Part shown: positions 29,301 through 39,599 of the stretch, in pieces
Layout of the letters: the number at the start of each line of letters is the position of its first letter
How positions within the stretch are numbered: position 1 is the first letter of the stretch
Source of the DNA: a virus
IMG/VR virus record: IMGVR_UViG_3300048930_000192
Location: 67,811-131,810 of that record
DNA length: 64,000 bases
Direction: 5' to 3' (one strand)
Notes under the pieces: model-generated
Databases searched by the model: none
What the model was told of the DNA's origin: nothing
The model's input: the letters and a program-made list of their open reading frames with translations, nothing else
Made by a program: the position numbers and the translations under genes

Positions 29301-31226
29301 AATATGACAGACCGACGTGCATATCCAGGCTGTATTGCATACGGAGAATTTTTCTCTATTAACTATAATGGCTATTCTGGCTATCTTGATCTGGAAAAGT
29401 TCAGCAGGGTTTGGCCAGATGGTTGTTACATGTATAGGTTTGGTGAAATATTCTTTTATTGTGAGGCCACTGGCTAATGAAAAGCAACCTTCAATTGTGG
29501 TATAGGAAATCACCGGTTTTCTTTGTTCGAGAAACCTATGGCAATTACACCGAAATATCATATAATGGTGATATTAGGTCTACTGATAATAGTACAATTA
29601 CCAAACGATTTGGTAATTCCGGACAATATTCGATTAGTTTACCTAGCAAATATGAATTCTTCGAAGGTACGGGACTAAGGGTGCTTTCATAATCACACAA
29701 ATACTGGATCCCGAGAATGAATAGGACGGTAAAACTTAGACATGAACATATCAGGGTCTACTACACAGATTATAATGATGTACGTTATTATAATCGGTAT
29801 ATTAGCTATACTGGCGATTTGGAAGCCGGCACCGATACACTTACTACTTTTTGGTTTAGAGTAGATGGCTCATATTGCTGGTATACAACGGATAGTATGT
29901 ATTACTATAACTCCACTGGAGAAGGTAATCAATGAATACAATCCGACTCATTCACCATTACCATTTGACTATTGAAATAGAGTATCCCGATAAGTCATTT
30001 ATTACCATTGAATATGATGGCAACATAAGCACCGGTAAAAAATAAAGGAACGCGTGAGCCGACGGCTGCTAGCTTTACTCGCCAACGGCGATTATTCTGA
30101 CCTAGACGGCAATTTCTTTACAGATACTGGATATTAATCATGAAAAGAATAGTTGATGAATGGGATATTGATATACACCATAGTATTAATGTGCATATTA
30201 CAATTGGTTATGAGGGTGATATTGTAATGAGTGAACGATGGCGAAGGAAATTTGCACTAACAGGCAAAGGCTACGACCCAGACACCCTAGCAGACACTCT
30301 AGCCGAAGATGGCTCGTACTTTTGCATCGGTAGTTATTACTTTGATCCAACAGGATATTAATCATGAATAACGACTATAGGATTATTGAGTATCGGATAA
30401 TTAAAAGAAAATTGGGTGATAAAGAGTTCAAATTATATTATGATGGTTCTTATATAGACAACTTAGCAGGGCCAACAGTTATCAGTATTACCGGTGAATA
30501 TAGAGTGTTCTTTGACCCAGGCTGGGATGCAAAGAACAGGATCATTTTTGATGAAACGGGGTTACAACGTGAATAGTTATACCAGAGATGTGAGATCAGA
30601 TAACATTTTTGCTAACTATGGTACCATATGTTGGTCGATAAATTATATAGGAAGTTATTATAATGACTCAGTTGGTGCTTCCGCTGTCGGTGTAAACGGA
30701 ATGTATTTTGTATATTCTGTGCCAGGATTTGGCACCGCGCCGCGCACAATGGTAAACGAAACCGGAATTATCAAAAATGGATAGGGAACTTAATGGTGGG
30801 TTTATTTGTCATACAGTCGGCGACAAAGAATACATTATACATTATATCGGCTCATTTGGCCACAACAAAGTAGGACCAGCATGGTTCTTACGAACTGGTT
30901 CATATAAAGCATACAAATTTGATAATTGGCCAGATTGCCCATGTTATTCAATTGATGATACTGGTATTTTACTGGTATTTGGTATTAATAATGTCTCGCC
31001 GTTGAAGATATAATAGGTATTAATAATGAAACAAAAAATAACTTATACTTATACTCATATGTATCGTGGACGACAGTTTTACATGAGTTATAGTGGTGAA
31101 TTAAGTAAAAACTATACCAGGTTTAGAGCGAGTGGTGATTATATAGGATATAATCACGATAATTGGAATAATTGGGCAATTGACAACACAGGTATTCTTA
31201 CTGGTTCTTTGCCAATCAAAATATGA
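26312..31226 (+). CDS. Main array of about 21 coupled mini-protein genes (26312, 26508, 26690, 26866, 27015, 27459, 27632, 27828, 28013, 28212, 28849, 29120, 29304, 29477, 29717, 29932 frameshifted, 30140, 30364, 30569, 30777, 31026), with a few unrelated ORFs interspersed
   Basis: Each 50-80 aa with YxG, GxY and mostly DxTG near the C-terminus; frequent ATGA/TAATG overlaps. Confidence 0.85.
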
Positions 31227-31327
31227 TACCGCATCGCAATCATCGACTTGACAGTGACTTGCCACAAGTCTACAATTTGTTCGAGCGATCATCGATCTTT
31301 AATAACCGAATGAGTTGATAGTATAAT

Positions 31328-31414
31328 GGGCGGATCCCTTAGTCCGGTTTATAGGAGCAGATTCATAATCTGCCGGATAACATCCAATCGTGGGTTCGAA
31401 TCCCACTCCGCCCA
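31328..31414 (+). tRNA. tRNA with CAU anticodon (Met or Ile2) and long variable arm
   Basis: GGGCGGA/TCCGCCC; GCAGA-TTCATAA-TCTGC; GGAT-AAC-ATCC variable arm; canonical T arm. Confidence 0.85.
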
Positions 31415-31980
31415 CTTTGTTTCGATAAACTTCTGGAGATAAAATAAATGCGCCGCAGCTGCAAAATGGAAAAGAAAGAAGTGAAGATTTGGGCAGCTTC
31501 ACTTCTTTGCCTTAGTATTTTTAGCTCAGGAATATTATTTGTTGGGTGTAAAGAGCCATGCCAAACCAATGGCACACCTTCAGCGCCACCAATCACAGCA
31601 ACTATTTGGTGTGATAACTACTATCTGCCTGGTGGAATAAAAGCAACAGGGCCAATTCATAGCAATAGTGGCACAATAACTTTTACTGACGCATCGACCG
31701 GTAAAATCGTTGAAATTCACGGCAATTACATTATTAGGTATGAGTAAAGGACCCCCCAAATGGCGCGTAACAAAGTCATTATGTATGGTCAAGGTTGCTT
31801 TGTTGAAGGCTCGTTTAATATGATGTGTATGAGGCTTCGCCTTGCTGACCGCAAAGCTAATGGCCAGGCCTTTGTAAACGAAAGAATCCTTCGGTTTCCC
31901 AGATCATGGTCAGAAAAGAAGTGTTGGGACTTTTACCAAAAGCGAACTGCAATCGGCGCAATTCTAAGGTGGTAATACTG

Positions 31981-32643
31981 TTAAACCACGTCGTATAACG
32001 GTACTACTCTAGACTTTATGCGCTTATCGGCTATAACACAGTAGTCTGGCACTATCTCTGAACCAATATACCTGCGACCAGTATCTAATGCTGCTATGGC
32101 AGTAGTACCAGAACCCATGAATGGGTCATAAACTATATCATTTGGTTTGGTATAATTCAAAATGCACCGTTTAGGCATAGCAACTGCCACGCCCTGTTGG
32201 AATCCATCATATCGTTCTGTACCATCTTCAAATACATCTGGTTTAAATGACTTCTCGAAATATTGTTTAGGCTTAGACTTCTTCTTGGCGAAGGTCAAAA
32301 CATTGCTATAATTCAACCGATATAAATTAACACCCATAGATTTTATTAGAATCTTGTGCGATATTAGTTTATAGTCCAATTCGCTCATCATGGTATTAAT
32401 CATTGTTGACTTAGATATGATCCGAGAATCAAACTTTCGGTCAGTCAGGCACATTGTTATAATGCCAGTTGAAGGATTGCACAACTCGAATATGGAGATT
32501 AAAAAGTCTTTATATGCCTTTTCATCGTTGGGGTCATAACCCAACTCGTCGTATTCGGGTGGCCCGCAAAAGATATAGTCATAAGATATATTAGATTTCA
32601 AGGTATCGCGGCAATCTTCACATTTAATAACATTCTCTACCAT
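31981..32643 (-). CDS. Amino-DNA methyltransferase (m6A/m4C, beta-type motif order)
   Basis: DYIFCGPPEY (motif IV variant) precedes VYDPFMGSGTT (motif I). Confidence 0.85.
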   Translation of the reverse strand: MVENVIKCEDCRDTLKSNISYDYIFCGPPEYDELGYDPNDEKAYKDFLISIFELCNPSTGIITMCLTDRKFDSRIISKSTMINTMMSELDYKLISHKILIKSMGVNLYRLNYSNVLTFAKKKSKPKQYFEKSFKPDVFEDGTERYDGFQQGVAVAMPKRCILNYTKPNDIVYDPFMGSGTTAIAALDTGRRYIGSEIVPDYCVIADKRIKSRVVPLYDVV

Positions 32644-32693
32644 TATATTAATCCTTTCGTATCAAAATCACATTAGTTATTTATGGAGTTTAT

Positions 32694-33023
32694 ATGGGAT
32701 ATCAGACACAATATACATTAAAGGCGTTGGATCCACTTACTATGGAAGAAATAGAAGATCAGGCTTCTATCATCGGCAATTTTACACAAGCTGTCGAGTA
32801 TGCTATCGATTCAAATGGTGATTGTATTGATTCAGTTACGTGGTACGATTGGGAAACAGATACTAGGGAGTTTAGTAAGAATAATCCTAGTTATATATTC
32901 TTCTTGAGTGGCATTGGCGAAGAGACCGGTGATATGTGGCGAGCATATTTCTTTAATGGCAAAGCTCAAATAATTGGCGCAAGAATAGAATATGATCCGT
33001 TTGATTTGGCACTACTTAAATAA
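32694..33023 (+). CDS. Conserved-looking phage hypothetical protein
   Basis: MGY.T.Y..WYD..SK..P..F.L.G.GEE.GD.W..YF.NGK pattern. Confidence 0.75.
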   Translation: MGYQTQYTLKALDPLTMEEIEDQASIIGNFTQAVEYAIDSNGDCIDSVTWYDWETDTREFSKNNPSYIFFLSGIGEETGDMWRAYFFNGKAQIIGARIEYDPFDLALLK

Positions 33024-33121
33024 TGGCATAAAGAAAAATTAGCGTTTGACTTGACGACAATTTGCCATAAGTCTACAATTGATCGACGCGAACTCTATAT
33101 GGCACTCGAAAGGAAACTGGC

Positions 33122-33736
33122 ATGACTCTGCTTATTGGTGATGTTCATGGCAAATGGCACCTGATGGACAGAGTTGTTAGCAATACTACTCAGGACGTCG
33201 TTTGTGTGGGTGATGTTGGTATTGGCTTTGCCGGAAAGAAAGATCCGGTGATGCCAAGCAATTTCAAGTTCATTCGTGGTAATCATGATAATCCAGAAAT
33301 CATTAGCAAAGAGCCAGGGTTTCTTGGTGATTATGGTATGACCAAGTACGGATTCTTTGTTGTGGGTGGTGCAGATTCAATTGACAAGGATCTAAGAACT
33401 CCTGGCATCGATTGGTGGCCAAACGAACAATTGAGCCACACAGAAATGGCTAAATGCAGAGAGGCATACAACGAAGCCAAGCCTGATATCGTGGTATCTC
33501 ACGAAGCACCTTTCTTTCTTCATGGCATCCTTCATGCCGCAAGTGTTACTCTTAGACCATCATACAAGAGTCTTGGTGAGCCAAAAGGTAATAGTACCGC
33601 GTTTCTGTTGAACACCATGTTTCTTGACCATAGACCCAAGATGTGGTATTTCGGTCACTGGCACACGTCTTTGACTTTCAGGCAGTTTGGCATTACATTC
33701 CGGTGCATTGATGAACTGGAGACAGTAGAGGTATGA
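33122..33736 (+). CDS. Calcineurin-like metallophosphoesterase
   Basis: GDVHG, VGD, RGNHD, SH, FGHWH. Confidence 0.9.
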   Translation: MTLLIGDVHGKWHLMDRVVSNTTQDVVCVGDVGIGFAGKKDPVMPSNFKFIRGNHDNPEIISKEPGFLGDYGMTKYGFFVVGGADSIDKDLRTPGIDWWPNEQLSHTEMAKCREAYNEAKPDIVVSHEAPFFLHGILHAASVTLRPSYKSLGEPKGNSTAFLLNTMFLDHRPKMWYFGHWHTSLTFRQFGITFRCIDELETVEV

Positions 33737-34481
33737 GGCACAAGACTAAGCCACACGAATACATCCCAACTACAATCATTCTACTTACTGGGTTACTTTG
33801 CGTTACTAAACTAATTGGGATGTTTCCATTCGATTGGATATGGGTATTTGTTTTGATTTGGGGACCAATTTTGGCATGGTTTGGCTTAGTTGTAGCCGTG
33901 GCAGTACTCGGCTTGGTATGGCTTGCGTTATCAGAAATGGTGGCTGCGTTTACTGGTGCAGAAACTTAATAGGAAAGTAAAATGGATAACAAGTATATTT
34001 ACATTCTGGGTCATGGGCCTGGAACCGACTATTACAGGTATTTTGAAACGTACAGCATTGACCAGTATGAATACGAATTGCGCCGGGCACGACGGACCTT
34101 GGATGAAATTCACACTCGATGGATCGGTCGAGAAAGTGAAATCCCCGTATATGAAAAGGAGATTAAACGTCTAAATATCCTGATTGACGAAGGGCGTCAG
34201 ATTCTACGCGAAAAGGCCATGGTAAAATCGCGCAGTCGTAACCTAACAGAAATCATTGTTGCTTGCACCTTTGGTATTTGTCTTGGTGTTATCATTGGAT
34301 ATAGCATCTTTGCTTGTTGATATGGATTAATAATGAACCATAGATCATATAAGGTAATATATGGATTTGATTAGTTATATTGTCGGTGATTGTATTATAG
34401 TTTATTTTATATTTAGGTAAGGTCTGAGTTAACTCACACCTTACCAATCCGGTGTGTTGGAAATGACACATCGGGTTTTAC

Positions 34482-34526
34482 GCCAAAGTAGCCCAGCTGG
34501 CAGGGGTTCGAATCCCACCTTTGGCA
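34482..34526 (+). pseudogene. tRNA remnant lacking the anticodon arm
   Basis: GCCAAAG/CTTTGGC acceptor, TAGCCCAGCTGG half D arm, GGG-TTCGAAT-CCC. Confidence 0.65.
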
Positions 34527-34535
34527 CTTTAGATT

Positions 34536-34832
34536 ATGGAGAATAACATGACCAAACTTCCAATGCAGCCATTACACCGTGATCATCACGGCATAATTCG
34601 ATTTGTAAAAAACAGGATCGTTAGGGATCTTCTTGATACGGCAACCGAAGCCGGTTTAATGGACATGAATTCAATTTGTATTGATGCCTGTAAAGGTAAA
34701 TATACAGAACAAGAGCAGATGCAATTTGCCCAGTTAATTGGTTATTCATTGGGCGGGTTTGAGGAACTAAATTATAGTTCTCAGGAAGTGATAGATGCGG
34801 CTCACCAGTCATACTTAGATTCTAAGGATTAA
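34536..34832 (+). CDS. Conserved-looking phage hypothetical protein
   Basis: PMQPL..RFVKNRIV..LLD..QFAQLIGYS..GF.EL. Confidence 0.75.
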   Translation: MENNMTKLPMQPLHRDHHGIIRFVKNRIVRDLLDTATEAGLMDMNSICIDACKGKYTEQEQMQFAQLIGYSLGGFEELNYSSQEVIDAAHQSYLDSKD

Positions 34833-35359
34833 AATGTGATTCAAATACGAACGGTTCAATTTCTTTTGCCGATCGTGTAAAGTTTATGGTCACAGAGACT
34901 TCTTATTCGGCCATGCTTTTGTTGGCGGCGGCTCACGAGAGTATGAAGAATACCTCAAGGGGCCGCATGTCTGCGCATTTAGCGAGAAAATGACAAGGCG
35001 CAAAGTCTTGGAGAATAATGCAAAGTTGGTTCGGCACTAGAATTTGCAGGAGTGATGGGCGATGGAAAATAATACAGAAGTAGATAATTCGTTGAAGATT
35101 GCCGGTGGTATTCGGATTCAGAACAACAGCAACCCATACGCCGTCGCGACCCACACCCTAGCTCGCCGAGTTAGAGAGTTGGAAACCGAGGCATCGAAAT
35201 TGCGGCTCGACCTTGCCACTAAGACTGAGGCAATGGATAATCTTGCGAAGGCTGCGAAGGAACTTATAGATGTAGCCGACAATATGGGTTACACCCACAA
35301 TGATGCTTGTGCTGACAAAATAATTGCCGAACTTCGTAAAATGCTGGAGGAGACTGGAT

Positions 35360-35848
35360 ATGGAACGTGATTACGACGACGCCGCAAACACCGGTGTGTA
35401 TATAGCCGGCGCGATAGCCGATGCCAAAACGATCGCTGACCTTAGAACTCAACTCACCGTGGCGACCGCCCGCGCGGAGAAGGCCGAGGCGGAACGGGAC
35501 TCATACAAGAAGGCCAGGGTCGACGCGGCGGCGAAGGCTGAGGATGTTGCTGAGGCGTTGAAACGTACGGATGATTACGCGATGAGGGTAGAGCAGCATG
35601 ATCTTGTGGTTCATCCACAATGTCGGGCGTTGCTCATCCTCGCCGCCGAGGTGCGGAGGTTGTCCGACGCGATAACTCGCGCGGAGAAGGCCGAGGTGGA
35701 ACGCGAGAAACTATTGGCGTCGATGAACCGCATCGCCGCCATGCCCGTAGACGGGTGTACGCCTTCTGTGATTGAGTCAATGCTGCGACAGGCAAAGACT
35801 CTCGCTTGCAACGCCCACGACGCCGCGCGAAGGGAGGCGGGACTGTGA
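35360..35848 (+). CDS. Coiled-coil hypothetical protein in a GC-rich segment
   Basis: Repeated RAEKAE.ER; GGAG RBS. Confidence 0.65.
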   Translation: MERDYDDAANTGVYIAGAIADAKTIADLRTQLTVATARAEKAEAERDSYKKARVDAAAKAEDVAEALKRTDDYAMRVEQHDLVVHPQCRALLILAAEVRRLSDAITRAEKAEVEREKLLASMNRIAAMPVDGCTPSVIESMLRQAKTLACNAHDAARREAGL

Positions 35849-36115
35849 AGCAACTCAAAGAGTGGTGGCGGCAGTTCTGTGACGACTGGCAAGTGAGTGC
35901 GATGTTGGCCGACGAAATGGAAGCTCAGCGGCTATGCCGATTAGACAAGCCGGCAAAGCCCATCGAGATCGTGCTGACAATCCGACTAGACGCGGCCAAG
36001 CCGCAGGAGAGAGAAAAGTGATCGATACAAGGCATCCAATGATAAATAATGACTCTGTGACTTGACTTTAATTTGCCATACGTCTAGAATTGACGTAGAG
36101 AAAATGCAATTGAGT

Positions 36116-36249
36116 GAAACGGTTCGTGTCATGGTTCTTGAATATACGAGAACGACCCTAGCTAATGGTTCCTGAAAGAAGGGCAGCTTTTGTGCGAAAG
36201 TGGGCGCTTCGGCAATTTTCGATTCAAGAGCCATGACATGAACCGTTTC
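36116..36249 (+). ncRNA. Unassigned structured RNA with 28-bp closing stem
   Basis: Arms differ from a perfect inverted repeat only by two G-U pairs; directly after promoter 36062. Confidence 0.7.
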
Positions 36250-36285
36250 GGTATCTATGATAAGTGAATGAATTGATAATATAAT

Positions 36286-36361
36286 GGGGTCTTACCTTAG
36301 CCTGGCCTAAAGGAGAAAACTCATAATTTTCCTATCGCTGGTTCGAATCCAGCAGGCCCCA
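36286..36361 (+). tRNA. tRNA-Ile2/Met (CAU)
   Basis: GGGGTCT/AGGCCCC; GAAAA-CTCATAA-TTTTC; GCTGG-TTCGAAT-CCAGC. Confidence 0.9.
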
Positions 36362-36436
36362 CTTGTTCGTTCAAGTCCTAGTTGGTAAAGCATCTAACTC
36401 TTTATATTTCTAAATAGAAGTATAAGGAGTGAATAG

Positions 36437-37129
36437 ATGCGAGAAAAGAATTGTAAAAATTGCGGCGGCTACATTCCCGCGACCATTTTAATAGATGGTT
36501 CTTATAAATCTCTAAAAGATAGAAGATTTTGCCTTTGTTGCCGACCTTTTAGATCCAAGGAAAAGATACCAAATTATTCAAATCCAAGAAAAGGAATAAA
36601 AAGAGAAGGCCGAGGCGGTAATCAATATACTCTAGCTAAAGAATTGGGTCTTCCTAAACCAACTGTCTCTAAAGAAACCAGAGACAAAATCGGTGCTAAA
36701 TCTAAGGGGAGACTAGTTTCCCAAGAAACCAAAGATAAAATTTCTTCGGCAATGAAACGCGCCGTTGAGTTGTATCCAGAATCTTATAATTCTTCAAATC
36801 GCGGTAGAACAAAACAGATCATTGTAGACGGAATAAAATTCCAAGGTAAATGGGAACTAGAATTCTATAATTGGTGCAAAGATAATAATATACAAATACG
36901 GCGGTGCTTAGAAAGTTTCCCATACAATTGGAATGGATCTAGGAAATACTTCCCCGACTTCTACTTAACGGAACTGAATATTTACACAGAAGTAAAGGGA
37001 TATAAAACTGAACGAGATGAAGCAAAATGGTCTCAGTTTCCACACCAACTATTAATTGTTCAAAAACAGGATATAGAAAGAATAAGGAATGGTACATTTA
37101 GTTTGAATACGGGGAATTACTTAAAATAA
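36437..37129 (+). CDS. Putative homing endonuclease (NUMOD3-like repeats + PD-(D/E)xK domain)
   Basis: VSKETRDKIG and VSQETKDKIS repeats; YFPDFYL..EVKGY; RBS-occluding hairpin. Confidence 0.8.
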   Translation: MREKNCKNCGGYIPATILIDGSYKSLKDRRFCLCCRPFRSKEKIPNYSNPRKGIKREGRGGNQYTLAKELGLPKPTVSKETRDKIGAKSKGRLVSQETKDKISSAMKRAVELYPESYNSSNRGRTKQIIVDGIKFQGKWELEFYNWCKDNNIQIRRCLESFPYNWNGSRKYFPDFYLTELNIYTEVKGYKTERDEAKWSQFPHQLLIVQKQDIERIRNGTFSLNTGNYLK

Positions 37130-37295
37130 TGATGTTTGCAGAGTGTGGCCCCTTGGCCCTAATCCCAAACCTGATTCGCCAATCAGACTGGGATACGCAC
37201 GATTCTCACACTAATTGGCGTTACTGTGAGGATGGGCGGGCTAGTGATTGGCACCTTAAACAGTGCCAATTACTTTTTGAATAAGGATCAGAATC

Positions 37296-37709
37296 ATGAC
37301 CGATAATCGCACACCATTCTATTACTTGCACACCAACGGCAGTTTGATATACAAGCCTCATGCGGACGTTGCCGACCTCGAGGAAAGCGACTTCGTGGTC
37401 GAGTACTGGGCTTGGAACGAAAACCGAGAAACACTCTGGAGTATTTTGATCGAAGGCCTTGGGTTGTCCGCCGCTCCAGAAATAACTGCATCTCGGGTAG
37501 CAGAAATCGCACCTCATTGGCATTGCGATGCTCGCGATCTAGAACAATATATGGCTCGAATGGACGTAAATCCAGTTAGAGCCAAAGGTGTTGTGTTGTT
37601 CCTTCAAGATGTTCTGAAAATCGACCCGCGGGAATGGATGGATTGGTTTGCTTCTACTCCCGTGGGTGGTGAGCCAAATTACGAAACTATGCCAAAGGCA
37701 AAGAAATGA
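37296..37709 (+). CDS. Hypothetical protein (paralog of 38713)
   Basis: YYLHTNG..YW..ILIEGLGL..P.Y.TMP. Confidence 0.75.
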   Translation: MTDNRTPFYYLHTNGSLIYKPHADVADLEESDFVVEYWAWNENRETLWSILIEGLGLSAAPEITASRVAEIAPHWHCDARDLEQYMARMDVNPVRAKGVVLFLQDVLKIDPREWMDWFASTPVGGEPNYETMPKAKK

Positions 37710-37988
37710 TCCAGATACTCGTCATCCCTATGATAGTATGCTGGTTTGGTGGTATCGTAATGTGGGTTATTGCCTCAATTGTTGGCGGTGATCGACCAGA
37801 CCAAACCAGAGCTAATACTATCGGTAATGTGTTGATGATAGTGTGTGGTGTATGTGCATTGTGTGCGGCTTTTGCCGGTGAATTTAGGTAAACCAGTTAT
37901 TAAAATCGTTGTCTTGACTTGACTTGACTTTGATTTGCCGTGCGTCTAGAATTGTCTGTAAGAATTTGTTATCTATGACAAGTGAATA

Positions 37989-38200
37989 TCCGATTCTTGT
38001 TGTGTGGCATTGCCGTTAGTGGCAAAAGTGGAATCTTAGTTTGCAGCCGATAGCCCGACGTGGAAATGGGCGCCACACAAACTGAGTGAGGGAGACCAGA
38101 CCGAGCCGTTAGGGATAACCAGCATATACAATCTGCATAGACGTATGCAAATACAAAGCAAACGAACGGTTAACGGCAATGCCACACAGCAAGAATTGGA
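37989..38200 (+). ncRNA. Unassigned structured RNA with 31-bp closing stem and internal pseudoknot
   Basis: Arms pair with only G-U deviations; directly after promoter 37924. Confidence 0.72.
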
Positions 38201-38256
38201 ATAGTATAAACGCGCTCGGGGTCGTAGCTTAGCCTGGCTCAGAGTCAGTCGTATTT

Positions 38257-38330
38257 GGGTCTTCAGCTTGTGTAGTTCAAGCACCGGTCTTTTAAACCGG
38301 ATTAAATGAGTGCAAGTCTCATAGGACCCA
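38257..38330 (+). tRNA. tRNA-Lys (UUU), atypical
   Basis: GGGTCTT/AGGACCC; CCGGT-CTTTTAA-ACCGG; T loop TGCAAGT. Confidence 0.8.
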
Positions 38331-38444
38331 CTTTCCAATGCTTAAGGATCGCGATGATGATGATGCAGAACGAACCCAAATGGTCGACCTTGTAATTGCT
38401 CGACGTGCAGAGGCAATCCGTAAGTTGAGTGTTAGTAATTAAGT

Positions 38445-38595
38445 TTATATAGTATATTGGTACTGGCAAATACAACGTGGGATAGCTCACCTGGGGGCCG
38501 TTGCGCCCCTGGGTGGGACCCCACTCCTAGATGAAGGGTTTGACCGATATGGTGGAAATGCCATATAAAGATTCATCTACTGGTATATTATATAA
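38445..38595 (+). ncRNA. Unassigned multibranch structured RNA
   Basis: Closing stem with G-U pairs and two long internal hairpins; intergenic. Confidence 0.55.
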
Positions 38596-38712
38596 TTACC
38601 CGTGCCATCGAGTTGATCGCCGATGGCAGGATTTATATTGATAGTGGCATATATTTGTAGCCACTGATGCTTATGCAACTCACCAACACATTAACTTGTC
38701 TTGGTGAGTTTT

Positions 38713-39138
38713 ATGGTCAATGAATTCCATTATCTGTATATAGATGGCCAGATATTATCCGGAACATGCGGTACCGTAAATATGGATAAAGATCCCAATA
38801 TAATGGGATATTGGAAAGTAAATGTATGTGATGCCATATCAATGTACGATATGATTATCGAAGCTCTTGGTTTAGCAAACATAGACCAGATTTATACTAC
38901 CATAACAGATATTAAGGTATACGCATATGACTGGGATATAGTCTTAGATGGTGAAAGTCTTTTGCAATATATGTTGGAAACTAAACCAACCTACTTTCTG
39001 CGCCGAGGAGCAAACAGGTTCATAAAATATGTTCTAAATGTAGACCCAGACGAATTTTGGAATTGGGTTAGTAATCAAGGCGAAACACCGGATTATGCAA
39101 CAATGCCGGTTTATAAGGGAGTAGTTATAAATGCGTAG
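38713..39138 (+). CDS. Hypothetical protein (paralog of 37296)
   Basis: HYLYIDG..YW..MIIEALGL..PDYATMP. Confidence 0.7.
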   Translation: MVNEFHYLYIDGQILSGTCGTVNMDKDPNIMGYWKVNVCDAISMYDMIIEALGLANIDQIYTTITDIKVYAYDWDIVLDGESLLQYMLETKPTYFLRRGANRFIKYVLNVDPDEFWNWVSNQGETPDYATMPVYKGVVINA

Positions 39139-39391
39139 TTTAGTGGCATCTTTAATTTGTATGGTTTGTGTTACTTCTGTTGGTTGCTCTGATGCCTCAT
39201 GGGAACGTAACACGAGTTATGGATCTAAACACAAGGTCCAACTATATTCTGGCGGCACAATGGTACAAGAATGGACTTCTACTGGTAGGGTCATGAGCCT
39301 GCAATCAGAAGATGGTTGGCAATTTGTTGATGCAGAAACCGGTCATTTGATAATTGTAACCGGCGATCTTGTCATTACAAAGTTAGATTAA
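39131..39391 (+). CDS. Putative lipoprotein
   Basis: Hydrophobic N-terminus with SVGC lipobox-like motif. Confidence 0.6.
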   Translation: MRSLVASLICMVCVTSVGCSDASWERNTSYGSKHKVQLYSGGTMVQEWTSTGRVMSLQSEDGWQFVDAETGHLIIVTGDLVITKLD

Positions 39392-39525
39392 CATACCTCG
39401 TACTCGGCTCACCGTTGATAAATAACAATCTCACTAAATGGCATGGCAAGATAAATTTTGATTTGACAGTTGACAGTGAATTGCCATAACGATATAATTT
39501 GTTGTCAATTAGCATAGTATTAGTA

Positions 39526-39599
39526 GGGTGCGTAGTCCAACCGGCAGAGACAATCGCCTTAAGAGCGATCCAGTACGGGTCCGAATCCCGTGGCACCCA
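39526..39599 (+). tRNA. tRNA-Leu (UAA), short variable loop
   Basis: ATCGC-CTTAAGA-GCGAT; GGGTGC/GCACCC. Confidence 0.85.

Noticed and set aside
36116-38200. Retron msr-msd or hammerhead identity for the long-stem RNAs
   Set aside because: No reverse transcriptase in the window; CTGAAAGA does not fit the hammerhead CUGAnGA core
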